Assembly: GCA_963727505.1 (NCBI GenBank)
Contig: CAVSGP010000002.1
Span: 32,001 to 96,000 of the forward strand
Length of the DNA stretch: 64,000 bases
Source of the DNA: an uncultured Trueperaceae bacterium
GTDB lineage: Bacteria > Deinococcota > Deinococci > Deinococcales > Trueperaceae
Direction of reading: 5' to 3'
How positions within the stretch are numbered: the stretch's first letter is position 1; every line of letters starts with the position of its first letter. This document shows, piece by piece, positions 42,228 through 53,149 of this stretch. The position numbers and the translations under genes were made by a program. A model generated the notes under the pieces. That model was not told where the DNA came from. It saw nothing but the letters and a program-made list of their open reading frames with translations, and did no database searches.

Positions 42228-43388
42228 TCAGGCGGCCTTCGCTCCAGGTGCCCGCTCGCTCGGGACCGGACGCGAACGGTGGAGTCGGAGTGCACGCTCG
42301 TAGAACCCCACCAGGGCGCGCGTACTGCTCTCCCACGACCACAGCTGGCTCTCGCGCCGGCCCTGCTCGGCGATGCGCCGGCGGCGGCCGGGATCGTCCA
42401 GCAACGCCTGTAGCGCGGTGGCCAGCGCGACGCCGTCGCCCGGCTCGACCAGCACACCGTTGTCGTCGTCGCGGACGATGTGCGGGATGCCGCCTGCGCG
42501 GGCTGCGACCACGCAGACGCCGCCGGCCATGGCCTCGATGGCGGCGAACCCGAGCGTCTCGGAGTCGGACGGGAACGCGAACAGATCCCCGCTGGCGTAG
42601 GCCGCGGCCAGCTCGTCCCCTTCCAGGAAGCCGGTGAAGACCGTGCCGCTATCGGCCAGCTCGCGCTTCAGCCAGCCCAACGCCGGCCCCTCCCCCACCA
42701 CTGCGAAGCGGACATCGGGAAGGCGCCGCACGGCCTCGGCCAGCACGTCGACCCGCTTCTCGAACGACACCCGACCGGCGTACACCACCAGGGGCCGGTC
42801 CGGCCGGCCGCCGGTGAGTCGCTCCCGCATCGCCGCCGTGGCCTTGGCTGGATGGAAACGCTCGCTGTCTACCGCCTTGGGCCACAGGCGCACCCGCCGG
42901 ATGTGCAGCTCGCGGGCGAGCTCCACCATCTGCGGGCTGGTACACAGGGTCACGTCCGCGAGGTTGTGGATCTCGCGGTCCACGATCTCCAGCGGCCGCT
43001 CCAGCCACCCCAGGCCGAGGCGCCTGACCACCTTGGGATCGGTGTGGAAGCTGGCGACCAGCGGGAGCCCTCGGCGGCGCGCCCACAGCGCGCCCCAGCT
43101 CCCGAACACCACGGGGTTGACGACGTGCACCACGTCCGGCTGGAAAGCGCCGGCCGCCGCGGCGAGCCGCGCCGAAGGAAGCGCGACGGTGAGCTCGGGG
43201 TACCAGGGGAACGGGAGTCCGGGCGCCGCCACCACGCGGAAGCGGCCGTAGCGCGCGGGAGCCGCCGGCGGCGCAAGGATCAGCGCCTCGTGGCCCAACG
43301 CCTGGAGCGCATCCAGGGTGTGGACGAGGCGCGTGACCACGCCGTCGACCTTGGGCAGGAACGTCTCTGTGACTATCGCGATTCGCAC
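42228..43388 (-). CDS. GT4 glycosyltransferase (MgtA/SqdX-like)
   Basis: RIAIVTETFLPKVDGV, GRVSFEK, ETLGFAAIEAMA. Confidence 0.9.
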   Translation of the reverse strand: MRIAIVTETFLPKVDGVVTRLVHTLDALQALGHEALILAPPAAPARYGRFRVVAAPGLPFPWYPELTVALPSARLAAAAGAFQPDVVHVVNPVVFGSWGALWARRRGLPLVASFHTDPKVVRRLGLGWLERPLEIVDREIHNLADVTLCTSPQMVELARELHIRRVRLWPKAVDSERFHPAKATAAMRERLTGGRPDRPLVVYAGRVSFEKRVDVLAEAVRRLPDVRFAVVGEGPALGWLKRELADSGTVFTGFLEGDELAAAYASGDLFAFPSDSETLGFAAIEAMAGGVCVVAARAGGIPHIVRDDDNGVLVEPGDGVALATALQALLDDPGRRRRIAEQGRRESQLWSWESSTRALVGFYERALRLHRSRPVPSERAPGAKAA

Positions 43389-43428
43389 GACTCGGTTCCC
43401 ATGCCTGTCATAGAATTCTAACGTAGCC

Positions 43429-44295
43429 GTGGCCGAATCTGTTCCAGCCGCCGTCCTCGTGACCGGTGCCTCCTCCGGCATCGGACGGGCGGCCGCGTTG
43501 GCGCTTGCCCGGGAGGGGTACCGCGTCTATGCCGGCGTGCGCCGCGAAGAGGACGGCGCGTTCCTGGCGCGCGCCGCCGACGGCACCCTCACGCCGCTCT
43601 ACCTCGATGTCACCGACCCGGATATGGTGCTCGACGCCGCTCGCAGGCTCGACGATGAGCTCGGCGCCGACGGGCTCTTCGGCCTCGTCAACAACGCCGG
43701 CATGGTGGTGGCCGCGCCGTTGGAGTTCGTCCCACTCGAGGACGTACGCGAGCAGTTCGAGGTCAACGTCACCGGCGCCCTGGCGGTGACGCAGGCCGTC
43801 ATCCCGCTGTTGCGTCGAGCCGGCGGCCACATCGTGAACATAGGATCGGTGTCGGGCTCCATCTCGACGCCGTTCACCGGGCCCTACAACGCCTCCAAGT
43901 TCGCATTGCGCGCGATGAGCGACGCGCTCCGCCTGGAGCTGGCCCCGTGGGGCATCAGCGTGTCGATCATCGAGCCCGGGACGGTCCACACGCCGCTGTG
44001 GAAGCGATCGCTGGGCCGCTTCCAGGTGCTCGAGCAACGCCTTCCCGCCCGCGCCACGGCGCTCTACGGCCCGGTCTTCACCAAGATGCAGCAGTTCATC
44101 GAGGGGGCCCGCGGCTTGCCGCCGGAGAGGGTGGCAGCGGTGATCGTCTCGGCCTTGCGCTCCCGGCGCCCGCGGCCCTACTACCCGGTCGGCCACGACG
44201 CGCGACTGCGGCTCGCGCTCGTGCGCTTGCCGACCCGGTTGCGCGACTTCCTCATCGCCACGCAACTCCCCAAGTACCCGGCGCGCGATCCCTAG
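43429..44295 (+). CDS. SDR oxidoreductase (retinol/sterol dehydrogenase-like)
   Basis: TGASSGIG, NNAG, YNASK, IEPG. Confidence 0.92.
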   Translation: MAESVPAAVLVTGASSGIGRAAALALAREGYRVYAGVRREEDGAFLARAADGTLTPLYLDVTDPDMVLDAARRLDDELGADGLFGLVNNAGMVVAAPLEFVPLEDVREQFEVNVTGALAVTQAVIPLLRRAGGHIVNIGSVSGSISTPFTGPYNASKFALRAMSDALRLELAPWGISVSIIEPGTVHTPLWKRSLGRFQVLEQRLPARATALYGPVFTKMQQFIEGARGLPPERVAAVIVSALRSRRPRPYYPVGHDARLRLALVRLPTRLRDFLIATQLPKYPARDP

Positions 44296-44405
44296 GCGAC
44301 GCCTTCGCGAAGCGGGGCCCGGCGCTCGACGCACCGGACCCCGCGGTCTGCCTGGACTCGAGCGGGCGAACCGGCGCTTGCCGCGCAGGCCGCCGCGCGA
44401 GCAGC

Positions 44406-45437
44406 TCAGTTGTATCCGCTCATCAGCGCTTCGAGCTGCTCCTTCGACGGCCGCAGCAGGTCATCGGAGAGCGACGACAGCGCCTGACCGTTGAGGCCGC
44501 TCACTTCGGCCAGCGAGGGACGGCTCTGGTCGTAGTAGATCAGACCGGTGATGAACTCGTGGCTGTCTTCGGCCTGCTGCAGGCGCTGCAACGCCGCCGC
44601 CCGGTTGGTCGGATCGTAGTTGGCCTCGAGGTTGTGCAGCTTGATCTTCGAACCATCGTGGAGCTGCACCGTGGTGGACTCACCCGGCTCCTGCGCGTCG
44701 ATGATGATCTCCTCGTCCGCGGGGAAGAAACCGATGTCCTGGAGCGCGTGCTCGTTCTCGCGCCCGTAGGTGTAGCTCTTGGGCGATTCGTCCTCGTTGT
44801 TGAACGCCACGCACGGGCTGATGATGTCGAGCACCGCCGTGCCGCGGTGGCTGAGGGCGGCCTTGAGGAGCTCGCGCACCTGCTTGGCATCGCCGGCGAA
44901 GCTGCGTGCCACGAAGCCGGCGCCCGCCACCAGAGCCTCCATGCACAGGTCGATGGCAGGGAAGTCGTTGTGGCCGGCGTACTTCAGGTCCTGGCCGTAG
45001 TCGGCGGTGGCGGAGAACTGCCCCTTGGTGAGGCCGTACACGCCGTTGTTCTCGACGACGTAGACCATACGCACGTTGCGGCGCACCAGGTGTTTGAACT
45101 GCCCCATGCCGATGCTGCCGGTGTCGCCGTCGCCGCTGACACCCAGGCCGCGCACGGTGTGGTTGGCCGTGAGCGCACCGGTCGCCAGCGAGGGCATGCG
45201 GCCGTGCAGGCCGTTGAAGCCGTGCGACTGGCCCAGGAAGTAGGTGGGCGACTTGCTCGAGCAGCCGATGCCCGAGAGCTTGATGACCTCGTGCGGCTTC
45301 AGGTTCAGCTCGTACGCCACCTGGATGACCTGGTTGGCGATCGAGTTGTGGCCGCAGCCCTTGCACAAGGTCGAGTGCGCACCGGCGTAATCCGCCTTCG
45401 ACATCCCCAGCAGGTTGACCTTCATGGTCCGTTCCAT
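44406..45437 (-). CDS. 2-oxoacid:ferredoxin oxidoreductase beta subunit
   Basis: CKGCGH, GIGCS, GDGD, NNGVYGLTKGQ, SPC. Confidence 0.93.
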   Translation of the reverse strand: MERTMKVNLLGMSKADYAGAHSTLCKGCGHNSIANQVIQVAYELNLKPHEVIKLSGIGCSSKSPTYFLGQSHGFNGLHGRMPSLATGALTANHTVRGLGVSGDGDTGSIGMGQFKHLVRRNVRMVYVVENNGVYGLTKGQFSATADYGQDLKYAGHNDFPAIDLCMEALVAGAGFVARSFAGDAKQVRELLKAALSHRGTAVLDIISPCVAFNNEDESPKSYTYGRENEHALQDIGFFPADEEIIIDAQEPGESTTVQLHDGSKIKLHNLEANYDPTNRAAALQRLQQAEDSHEFITGLIYYDQSRPSLAEVSGLNGQALSSLSDDLLRPSKEQLEALMSGYN

Positions 45438-45441
45438 GACC

Positions 45442-47274
45442 TCAGCTCCGTCCTTCCGCGAGCTTCGCGAGCACCTGCTCGCGTACCCATGCTGCTGTCC
45501 AGGGCATGCCGTCCAGGAAGGCGACGGACTCGAGCCTGGTGGCGCAATCGTGGCACTCGGCCTTGAGGATCTCGAAGAGCTGCCCGTCGCGGTTCATCTC
45601 CATGACCACGACGAGGTCGTGACCCTGGATGAACGAGCGCACCTCCTCGCCGATCGGCAGCGCCTTGAGGCGCAGGAAATCGCTGGGGACGTCCTCGGCG
45701 GCGAGCTGGTCGCGCGCCTCTTCGATCGCGTAGCGGGTCGTACCGAACGCCAGGATACCGAGCTTCGCGCCCTGCATCTCGTCGAGCACCGGCTTGGGAA
45801 CCAGCGTACGGGCGGTGTCGAATTTACGCACCAGCCTGTCCATGTTGTCGGTCCAGTCCTCCGGCCGCTCGCTGTACAGGGCGCTGTCGTTGTGGCCGGT
45901 GCCGCGCGCGAAGTAGGCCGACATGGCGTTGGTGTTGCCCGGCAGCGTCCGGAAGGGAATGCCGTCGCCGTCGACGTCACGGTAGCGGGCGAAGCCGCGC
46001 TCCTCGACCTCCTCGGCGCTGAGCACCTTGCCGCGCTGGATCGGGGTGTCCGGGTAGGCGAAAGGCTCGCCCATCCAGTTGTTCATCCCCAGGTCGAGGT
46101 CGGACAGCACGAAGATCGGCGTCTGCAGGGTATCGGCCAGATCGTGTGCCTTGTAGCCCAGCTCGAAGGCCTCCTCGATGCTCGAGGGAAGCAGGACCGG
46201 ATGCCGGGTATCGCCGTGCCCGAGCCGATAGGCGAAACCAAGGTCGCCCTGGCTGGTGCGCGTCGGAAGGCCCGTGCTGGGCCCGACGCGCTGCACGTCC
46301 CAGATCACCGCTGGCACCTCGGCGAAGTAGCCCAGGCCCACATACTCCGCCATCAGCGAGATGCCGGGCCCGGAGGTCGCCGTGACCGCACGCGCCCCGG
46401 CCCAGCCCGCGCCGATCACCATGCCGATGGCGGCGAGCTCGTCCTCCGCCTGCACCACCGCGTAGGTGGGAGAGCCGTCGGGCGCCGTGCGCAGTCGGGG
46501 CGCATGCTCCCGGAAGGAATCGATGAAGCTGGTCGAGGGAGTGATGGGATACCAGGCGGCCACGCTGGCGCCGCCGAAGAGCGAGCCGATCGCCCCGGCC
46601 TCGTTGCCGTTCATGAGGATCAGGCCGTCCGTAGCATGCATCGGCTCGACCTTGTACGGGTCGATCTTGGTGAGGTTGGCCTCGGCCCACCCGTAGCTGT
46701 CGCGGACGACGGCCATGTTGCTGTCGACCAGTTTCTGGCGGCGCCCGAAGTGGAACGACAGGGACTCTTCGACCGTCTCGAGAGAGACGCCGAGCAGCCA
46801 GGCCACGACGCCGACGTAGGTCATGTTGGCGACGTAGTCGCGCAGCTTTCCCTTGAGCGGGTTGCCCTTGAGCAACTCCTTGACCGGGACACCGTAGTAC
46901 ACCAGATCCTGCCGTGTGGTGTCGGCGTGCAGGTCGTCGTTGAAGACGCAGACGCCGCCGGCGGGGAGGTTGGCCACGTCCTCGGCCACAGTGGCGGCGT
47001 TGAAGGCCACCAGGATCTCGGCGGGCCGGCGCGCGATGTACCCCTTGTGGCTGACGCGGATGTTGTACCAGGTTGGCAGGCCCTGGATGTTGGACGGGAA
47101 GATGTTCTTGCCGTGGACCGGGATGCCCATCTTGAAGAAGCTGCGTAGCAACGTCAGATTGGCGGTCTGGCTGCCGGTCCCGTTCGCGGTCGCGACCGCG
47201 ATGGAGAAGTCGTTGACGACCGCCTCGACACTCTGGTCGGGTGCGGGCCTGGTAAGCGGTTCAGTGACACCCAT
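45442..47274 (-). CDS. 2-oxoacid:ferredoxin oxidoreductase alpha subunit
   Basis: GNEA, YPITP, QAEDE, TSGPG, RVGPSTG, EMN. Confidence 0.93.
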   Translation of the reverse strand: MGVTEPLTRPAPDQSVEAVVNDFSIAVATANGTGSQTANLTLLRSFFKMGIPVHGKNIFPSNIQGLPTWYNIRVSHKGYIARRPAEILVAFNAATVAEDVANLPAGGVCVFNDDLHADTTRQDLVYYGVPVKELLKGNPLKGKLRDYVANMTYVGVVAWLLGVSLETVEESLSFHFGRRQKLVDSNMAVVRDSYGWAEANLTKIDPYKVEPMHATDGLILMNGNEAGAIGSLFGGASVAAWYPITPSTSFIDSFREHAPRLRTAPDGSPTYAVVQAEDELAAIGMVIGAGWAGARAVTATSGPGISLMAEYVGLGYFAEVPAVIWDVQRVGPSTGLPTRTSQGDLGFAYRLGHGDTRHPVLLPSSIEEAFELGYKAHDLADTLQTPIFVLSDLDLGMNNWMGEPFAYPDTPIQRGKVLSAEEVEERGFARYRDVDGDGIPFRTLPGNTNAMSAYFARGTGHNDSALYSERPEDWTDNMDRLVRKFDTARTLVPKPVLDEMQGAKLGILAFGTTRYAIEEARDQLAAEDVPSDFLRLKALPIGEEVRSFIQGHDLVVVMEMNRDGQLFEILKAECHDCATRLESVAFLDGMPWTAAWVREQVLAKLAEGRS

Positions 47275-47473
47275 GCTCTACCAACTCCTACGTCCGACCC
47301 CAGCCGACCCGGGATCGATCACGTACCCGAGCCGACTGGGGCCTAAACGGTGGTTCCACCACTTCATAGTAATCCCGGCGCGTCGTCGCGCCCGCCAGCG
47401 TAGCTTCACGTGGACACAGCCTCTACCTCATCGCGGTTGGGAGGTCGTACGCTCGCCTCCACGAGCACGATAG

Positions 47474-47495
47474 CGCCCACCCCGAGGGGTGGGCG
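47474..47495. terminator. GC hairpin downstream of recA
   Basis: CGCCCACCC-CGAG-GGGTGGGCG; no clear U tract. Confidence 0.45.
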
Positions 47496-47566
47496 TGGGA
47501 CATCTGTCACGTTGGGACACGAGCCCCTGGCAGGGGGCGCGGAGGGCGAGGCCGAGGTTCGGGCGC

Positions 47567-48658
47567 TCAGGCCTCCAGCGCGGCGTCCTTGGCCGGATCG
47601 TCGGAGCCACCGTCATCGGTGCCGAGCTCCTCGACATCGTAGGCGGCGCTGCGATGCACCTGCTTGCCGAGCTGCAGCTCGCTCATGACGCGTTCTCGGA
47701 TGGCTTGCAAGACGTCCGGGTTCTGGCTCAGGAACTCCACCGTCTTCTCCTTACCCTGCCCCAACCGCGTCTCCCCGAACGAGTACCACGACCCCGACTT
47801 CTGCACCACCTCCACATCACTCGCCACATTCACCAGATCCCCCACCGCATCGATCCCCCGACCGAACATGATCTCCACCTCCGCCTCCCGGAACGGCGGC
47901 GCCACCTTGTTCTTCGTCACCTTCACCCGCACGCGGTTCCCCACCTTCTCCGCGCCCACCTTCACATCCCCCTTACGCCGCACCTCCATACGCACACTCG
48001 AATAGAACTTCAACGCCCGCCCCCCCGGCGTCACCTCCGGATTGCCGTACAACACCCCGATCTTCTCCCGCACCTGATTGATGAAGATCGCCGTCGCCTT
48101 ACTCTTCGACAACACCGCCGTCAACTTCCGCAACGCCTGCGACATCAACCGCGCCTGCAACCCCACATGCGCGTCCCCCATCTCCCCCTCCAACTCGGCG
48201 CGCGGCGTCAACGCCGCCACACTATCGATCACCACCACATCCACCGCGCCCGAACGCACCAACAACTCCGTGATCTCCAGCGCCTGCTCCCCCGAATCCG
48301 GCTGACTCACCAACAACTGCTCGATATCCACCCCCAACGCCCGCGCATACGACGGATCCAACGCATGCTCCGCATCCACGAACGCCGCCACACCCCCCAC
48401 CGCCTGCGCCTGCGCCACCACATGCAACGCCAACGTCGTCTTCCCCCCCGCCTCCGGACCATAGATCTCCACCACCCGACCCCGAGGCACACCCCCCACC
48501 CCCAACGCCACATCCACCGACAACGACCCCGTCGAAATCACACCCGCCGCCAACGACCGCACCTGCTCCTCACCCAACCGCATCACCGCGCCCTTCCCAA
48601 ACTGGCGCTCGATGGTGCTCAGGGCGAGGTTGAGAGCCTTCTCCCGTTCCTTGTCCAT
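47567..48658 (-). CDS. recA: Recombinase A
   Basis: [48 protein letters not shown]. Confidence 0.98.
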   Translation of the reverse strand: MDKEREKALNLALSTIERQFGKGAVMRLGEEQVRSLAAGVISTGSLSVDVALGVGGVPRGRVVEIYGPEAGGKTTLALHVVAQAQAVGGVAAFVDAEHALDPSYARALGVDIEQLLVSQPDSGEQALEITELLVRSGAVDVVVIDSVAALTPRAELEGEMGDAHVGLQARLMSQALRKLTAVLSKSKATAIFINQVREKIGVLYGNPEVTPGGRALKFYSSVRMEVRRKGDVKVGAEKVGNRVRVKVTKNKVAPPFREAEVEIMFGRGIDAVGDLVNVASDVEVVQKSGSWYSFGETRLGQGKEKTVEFLSQNPDVLQAIRERVMSELQLGKQVHRSAAYDVEELGTDDGGSDDPAKDAALEA

Positions 48659-48847
48659 GGTGTTGCTCCCTCCGTGCCTGGGGCCCGTGGGCGCAACGTA
48701 CACGCCCGTCTTCGGAATACCTTAAATACTAAGGGGCCGGAGGGGTCGTTGGCAAGGGGCGGGCACCGAGAACTCCTCGGCACCCGCCCCGTTCCTGCGG
48801 CCGGACCCGCCCTGCGGCGGGAGCAGCGCGCGACGCTAGCGCCGGCG

Positions 48848-49861
48848 CTACGCCGCCAGCACCTGCCGCACCGCTTCGAGCACGCGGCGCGCGTCGGGGC
48901 GGTAGTGGTGCTCGATGGCGCTGAAGGGCGGATAGGGCGCGTCCCAGCCCGCAACTCGCAGCACCGGGGCCTGCAACGACCAGATGGCGTCCTCGGCGAT
49001 GCGCGCTGCCACCTCGGCACCGAACCCGCCGATCTTCCGGGCCTCGTACACGACCACCGCACGACCCGTCTTCTCGACCGAGGCCAGCACGGTCTCGGCG
49101 TCGAAGGGCGTGAGCGTCTCCAGGTCGATCACCTCGAGCTCGACGCCCTCGCGGGCGGCGACCTCCGCGGCCTTGAGGCACACCTCCACCATGCCGCCGT
49201 AGGCGATGAGCGTCACGGCGCTCCCCTCCCGCACGACGCGCGCCTTGCCGAGCTCGACCCGGTAGTGCCCGTGAGGCACCTCGGCCTTCACCGAGCGGTA
49301 GAGCTTGATGGACTCCAGGAAGAACACGGGGTCCGGGTCCTCGATGGCGGCGAGCAGCAGCCCTTTGGCCCGCTCGGGGCTCGACGGGATGACCACCTTC
49401 ACGCCCGGCACGTGCGCCAGGATCGCCTCCGGGGAGTCGGCGTGCTGTTCCGGCGTGTGCACGCCTCCTCCGTAGGGCGCCCGGATCACCATCGGTACGG
49501 TGTAGCGGCCGCGCGTGCGGTGCCGGTAGCGGCCCAGGTGGGACAGGATGTGGTCGAGGGCGGGGTACATGAAACCGGCGAACTGGATCTCGGCGACCGG
49601 CCGCATGCCGGCCAGGGCCAGGCCGATGCCGTACCCGACGATGCCCGCCTCGGACAGCGGGGTGTCGAACACGCGCTCCTCGCCGTAGCTGTCGCGGAGC
49701 CCGTCGCTCACCCGGAAGACGCCGCCCATGCCGACGTCCTCCCCGAACAGCAGCACCCGCGGGTCGCGCTCGAGCGCGATGTCGAGCGCGTCGTGGATGG
49801 CCTGCACCATGGTCATGCTGCGCACGCTGGCCTCCACCTTGCTCCCGGCGGCCTCAACCAT
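48848..49861 (-). CDS. 2-oxoacid dehydrogenase E1 beta subunit
   Basis: [25 protein letters not shown]. Confidence 0.93.
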   Translation of the reverse strand: MVEAAGSKVEASVRSMTMVQAIHDALDIALERDPRVLLFGEDVGMGGVFRVSDGLRDSYGEERVFDTPLSEAGIVGYGIGLALAGMRPVAEIQFAGFMYPALDHILSHLGRYRHRTRGRYTVPMVIRAPYGGGVHTPEQHADSPEAILAHVPGVKVVIPSSPERAKGLLLAAIEDPDPVFFLESIKLYRSVKAEVPHGHYRVELGKARVVREGSAVTLIAYGGMVEVCLKAAEVAAREGVELEVIDLETLTPFDAETVLASVEKTGRAVVVYEARKIGGFGAEVAARIAEDAIWSLQAPVLRVAGWDAPYPPFSAIEHHYRPDARRVLEAVRQVLAA

Positions 49862-50882
49862 GGCGGAGCACCTCCCAGGCCATCCGCGCGTCGGGCGTCA
49901 TGCTCTCGAACACCTGCTCCACGATCTCCTGCGGCTCGGGCTCGGGCGCTGCGTCGGCTTCGCGCACCGCTGCCTGCCACTCCTCGGTCAGCTCGGCCAC
50001 CATGGCCCGTTCGCGTTCGTCGTCCCAGACCTCCATCGCACTCAACGCCGTCCGCAGCCGGGCGACCGGGTCGCGCGCCTCCCAGGCGGCGGTGCTCTCG
50101 GCGCTGCGGTAGCGGTTGGGGTCATCGCTGGAGGTGTGCGGGCCCATGCGGTAGGTCACGGCTTCGATGAGGGTCGGCCCCTCGCCGTCACGGGCGCGCT
50201 GCACCGCCTCGCGGGCGGCGTGCCACACGGCGGTGAGGTCGTTGCCGTCGACCACCACCCCGGGGATGCCGTAGCCGGCGGCACGGTCGGCGATGCGCGG
50301 GTTGCGCATCTGCTTGGAGGTGGGAACGCTGATGGCCCAGCCGTTGTTCTCCACCAGCAGCACCACCGGCGCCGAGAACACGGCGGCGAAGTTGAGCGCC
50401 TCGTGGAAGTCCCCCTCGCTGGTGCCGCCGTCCCCGACGGTGGTGAGCGCCACCCAGTCCTCGCCCTGATGACGGCCCGCCGACGCCACGCCGACGGCGT
50501 GCAGGAGCTGGGTGGCGATGGGGATGTAGAAGGGGAGCACGCGCAGATCGTCGGGGTAGCGCCAGCCGGCCGGCGTGGCGCGCCAGTACAGGATGGCCTG
50601 ACTCATCGCCAGCCCGTGCGTCAACGCAGCACCGGTATCACGGTAGCTCGGCACCAGCCAATCGTCGGCTGCGAGCGCAAGAGCCGCTCCGACCTGGGCG
50701 GCCTCCTGGCCACGGTAGGGGGGATAGACGCCGAGTCTGCCCTGGCGTTGCAGGGTCATGGCCCGCTCGTCGAAGAAGCGGGCACGGACCATGGCGCGGT
50801 AGCCGCGGACCAGCTCGTCCACCGAGAACGGTAGTCGGTCCGCTCTGCCGCCGTCCTCCGCGATGAAGCGCAACGGTTCCAT
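49854..50882 (-). CDS. 2-oxoacid dehydrogenase E1 alpha subunit
   Basis: [12 protein letters not shown]...ENN TPP motif, [12 protein letters not shown]. Confidence 0.93.
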   Translation of the reverse strand: MEPLRFIAEDGGRADRLPFSVDELVRGYRAMVRARFFDERAMTLQRQGRLGVYPPYRGQEAAQVGAALALAADDWLVPSYRDTGAALTHGLAMSQAILYWRATPAGWRYPDDLRVLPFYIPIATQLLHAVGVASAGRHQGEDWVALTTVGDGGTSEGDFHEALNFAAVFSAPVVLLVENNGWAISVPTSKQMRNPRIADRAAGYGIPGVVVDGNDLTAVWHAAREAVQRARDGEGPTLIEAVTYRMGPHTSSDDPNRYRSAESTAAWEARDPVARLRTALSAMEVWDDERERAMVAELTEEWQAAVREADAAPEPEPQEIVEQVFESMTPDARMAWEVLRHG

Positions 50883-51020
50883 GTCATCTCCTGATGCCGC
50901 CGTGCGGAGCCGATCCTCCACAGGGGGGGTGGGTCTCGCCGGTAGGCTAACCCAGGACCGCCGCGCGCTGCGCCTCCGGGAGTGCAGGCCGCCAGGGTAT
51001 GGCGTTCGGTTCACGATCGC

Positions 51021-51050
51021 TTGTCGAACGAACGATCGTTCGCCTATACT
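51021..51050 (+). promoter_or_regulatory. paa promoter with PaaR operator
   Basis: TTGTCG-18 nt-TATACT; palindrome CGAACGATCGTTCG (51029-51042) fits the Thermus PaaR consensus CNAACGNNCGTTNG as I recall it. Confidence 0.85.
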
Positions 51051-51056
51051 CCGCGG

Positions 51057-51644
51057 GTGACCCGACGGCAAGAGATCCTCGACACCGCCGGCGACCTCTT
51101 CCAGCGCAACGGCTACCACGCGACCAGCATGCGCGAGATCGCCCGGAACGTGCAACTCCAGGGCAGCAGCCTGTACGCCCACATCCAGTCCAAGGAGGAG
51201 TTGCTCCGGAGCATCGTCCACGAGGCCGCCGACACCTTCCTCGACGCCGCGCGCGAGGTGGACGCGTCCCTCCCCCCGCCCGAGCGCCTGCGCGGCCTGG
51301 TGCACGCCCACCTCGGCGTCATCCGAGACCGTCTGCCGCACGCCACCGTGTTCTTCCACGAGTGGGCGCACCTCCCGTCCGGGCTGCAACGCGAGCTGGT
51401 GGAGCGCCGTGACGCCTACCAGGCGATCTTCCGCGACACCGTGGACGCCGGCGTTCGCGACGGGAGCTTCACCGTGGAAGACCCCCCGCTCGCCACCCTC
51501 TTCGTGCTGTCCTCGTTGAACTGGACCTACCAGTGGCTCGACCCGGCCGGACGGCTGTCGCTCGACATGCTCGCCGAGCGCTACGCGTCGCTGCTTCTGG
51601 GCGCTCTCGGCGCCGTCGCCCGGGACGGAAGGGAGCAACCGTGA
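51057..51644 (+). CDS. paaR: TetR-family repressor of the paa operon
   Basis: [14 protein letters not shown]...[10 protein letters not shown]; first gene of the paa operon; leaderless GTG. Confidence 0.85.
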   Translation: MTRRQEILDTAGDLFQRNGYHATSMREIARNVQLQGSSLYAHIQSKEELLRSIVHEAADTFLDAAREVDASLPPPERLRGLVHAHLGVIRDRLPHATVFFHEWAHLPSGLQRELVERRDAYQAIFRDTVDAGVRDGSFTVEDPPLATLFVLSSLNWTYQWLDPAGRLSLDMLAERYASLLLGALGAVARDGREQP

Positions 51645-52594
51645 GCCGACCCGCCGCCAGCCTCGACGAGCGGGAGCGCCTCGAGGCGTTCGAAGCCCGC
51701 ATCGCGCGCGGTGAGAAGATCGAGCCCGGCGACTGGATGCCCGAGGCGTACCGCAAGCAGCTGATACGCATGATCAGCCAGCACGCCCACAGCGAGGTGG
51801 TGGGGATGCTGCCCGAGGGCTTCTGGATCACGAGGGCGCCGAGCCTCAGGCGCAAGCTCATCCTCATCGCCAAGGTGCAGGACGAGGCCGGCCACGGGCA
51901 GTACCTCTACCACGCCGCCGAGACCCTCGGCGCCGGCCGCGACGAGCTGATCGACGCCCTTCTGGCCGGGCGCGCCAAGTACTCCAGCGTCTTCAACTAT
52001 CCCACCCTCACCTGGGCCGACGTCGGCATGATCGGCTGGCTGGTCGACGGCGCCGCCATCAAGAACCAGCTCATGCTGGCGCAGTGCTCCTACGGCCCCT
52101 ACTCCCGGGCCATGGTGCGCATCTGCGCCGAGGAGACCTTCCACCACAAGCAGGGCAAGGAGATGGTCATGACCTACGCCCAGGGCAGCGCCCACCAACG
52201 CGCCATGGCGCAGGACGCGCTGGACCGCTGGTGGTGGCCGTCGCTCATGATGCTGGGTCCGCACGACAGCGCGTCGCCCAACACACCGCAGCTGGTGAGC
52301 TGGGGCATCAAGACCAAGACCAACGACGAGGTACGTCAGGAGTTCCTCGACGAGCACGCTCCCGAGCTGATGGAGGCGGGGCTCACCATCCCCGATCCGG
52401 CGCTGCGCTTCGACGAGGCGAGCGCCCACTGGGTCCACGGGCCGATCGACTGGGACGAGTTCTGGAGCGTCGTGAAGGGACACGGGCCGCTGAACGCCGA
52501 GCGCCTTGCCGCCCGCCGGCAGGCCCACGAGGATGGCGCCTGGGTGCGCGAGGCGATGGCGGCCTACGCCTCCCGCGCGCGGGAGGCAGCGTAG
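51641..52594 (+). CDS. paaA: Phenylacetyl-CoA epoxidase subunit A
   Basis: [29 protein letters not shown]. Confidence 0.96.
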   Translation: MSRPAASLDERERLEAFEARIARGEKIEPGDWMPEAYRKQLIRMISQHAHSEVVGMLPEGFWITRAPSLRRKLILIAKVQDEAGHGQYLYHAAETLGAGRDELIDALLAGRAKYSSVFNYPTLTWADVGMIGWLVDGAAIKNQLMLAQCSYGPYSRAMVRICAEETFHHKQGKEMVMTYAQGSAHQRAMAQDALDRWWWPSLMMLGPHDSASPNTPQLVSWGIKTKTNDEVRQEFLDEHAPELMEAGLTIPDPALRFDEASAHWVHGPIDWDEFWSVVKGHGPLNAERLAARRQAHEDGAWVREAMAAYASRAREAA

Positions 52595-53149
52595 ATGGCC
52601 GGTGCGTCCCCCGGTGGCGACCAGGGCCCGCGCTGGGAGGTCTTCAAGCAGGACGCGGCCGGCAAGCCTCACCAGGCGGTCGGCTCGGTCCACGCCGCCG
52701 ATCCCGAGCACGCGCTGCTGATGGCCCGCAGCGTCTACGCGCGCCGGCCCGCGGCGGTGAGCCTGTGGGTGACGCCTGCCGACACCGTCTTCGCCGTGAC
52801 CGCGGAGGAGCTGGACGCCGCTTCACCCTGGGCGATCGAGGCGGGCGGCTCGAGCCGCCGCTTCCTGGTGTTCCGCAAATCGAGCCACCGCCGCGCCATG
52901 ACCTTCGTCGATCACGTCGGCGCGGTGGATGCGCCGGGGCCGCGCGCGGCCATCGCCGCGGCGACCCGCGCCTTCCCCGATCCGCCGGCCCTGACCTGGT
53001 GGGTCGTGCCGGCCGACGACGTGGTCGCCAGCCCCGAGGACGAAGCGGGCGCCTGGTTCGACCCCGCGCGCGACAAGACCTACAAGCAGCAATCGGCCTA
53101 CGGGCTGCTAGCGCCCGGCAAGCGCAAGCGCACCGGGGGCGGCTCGTGA
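52595..53149 (+). CDS. paaB: Phenylacetyl-CoA epoxidase subunit B (two PaaB-like halves)
   Basis: [25 protein letters not shown]. Confidence 0.85.
   Translation: MAGASPGGDQGPRWEVFKQDAAGKPHQAVGSVHAADPEHALLMARSVYARRPAAVSLWVTPADTVFAVTAEELDAASPWAIEAGGSSRRFLVFRKSSHRRAMTFVDHVGAVDAPGPRAAIAAATRAFPDPPALTWWVVPADDVVASPEDEAGAWFDPARDKTYKQQSAYGLLAPGKRKRTGGGS

Noticed and set aside
47760..48600. Intein, intron or pseudogenisation in recA
   Set aside because: The ORF is continuous at normal length (363 aa) with all motifs intact.
47489..50170. 893-aa His/Pro/Arg-rich plus-strand ORF
   Set aside because: Antisense to recA and E1; its odd composition simply mirrors the recA codon skew.
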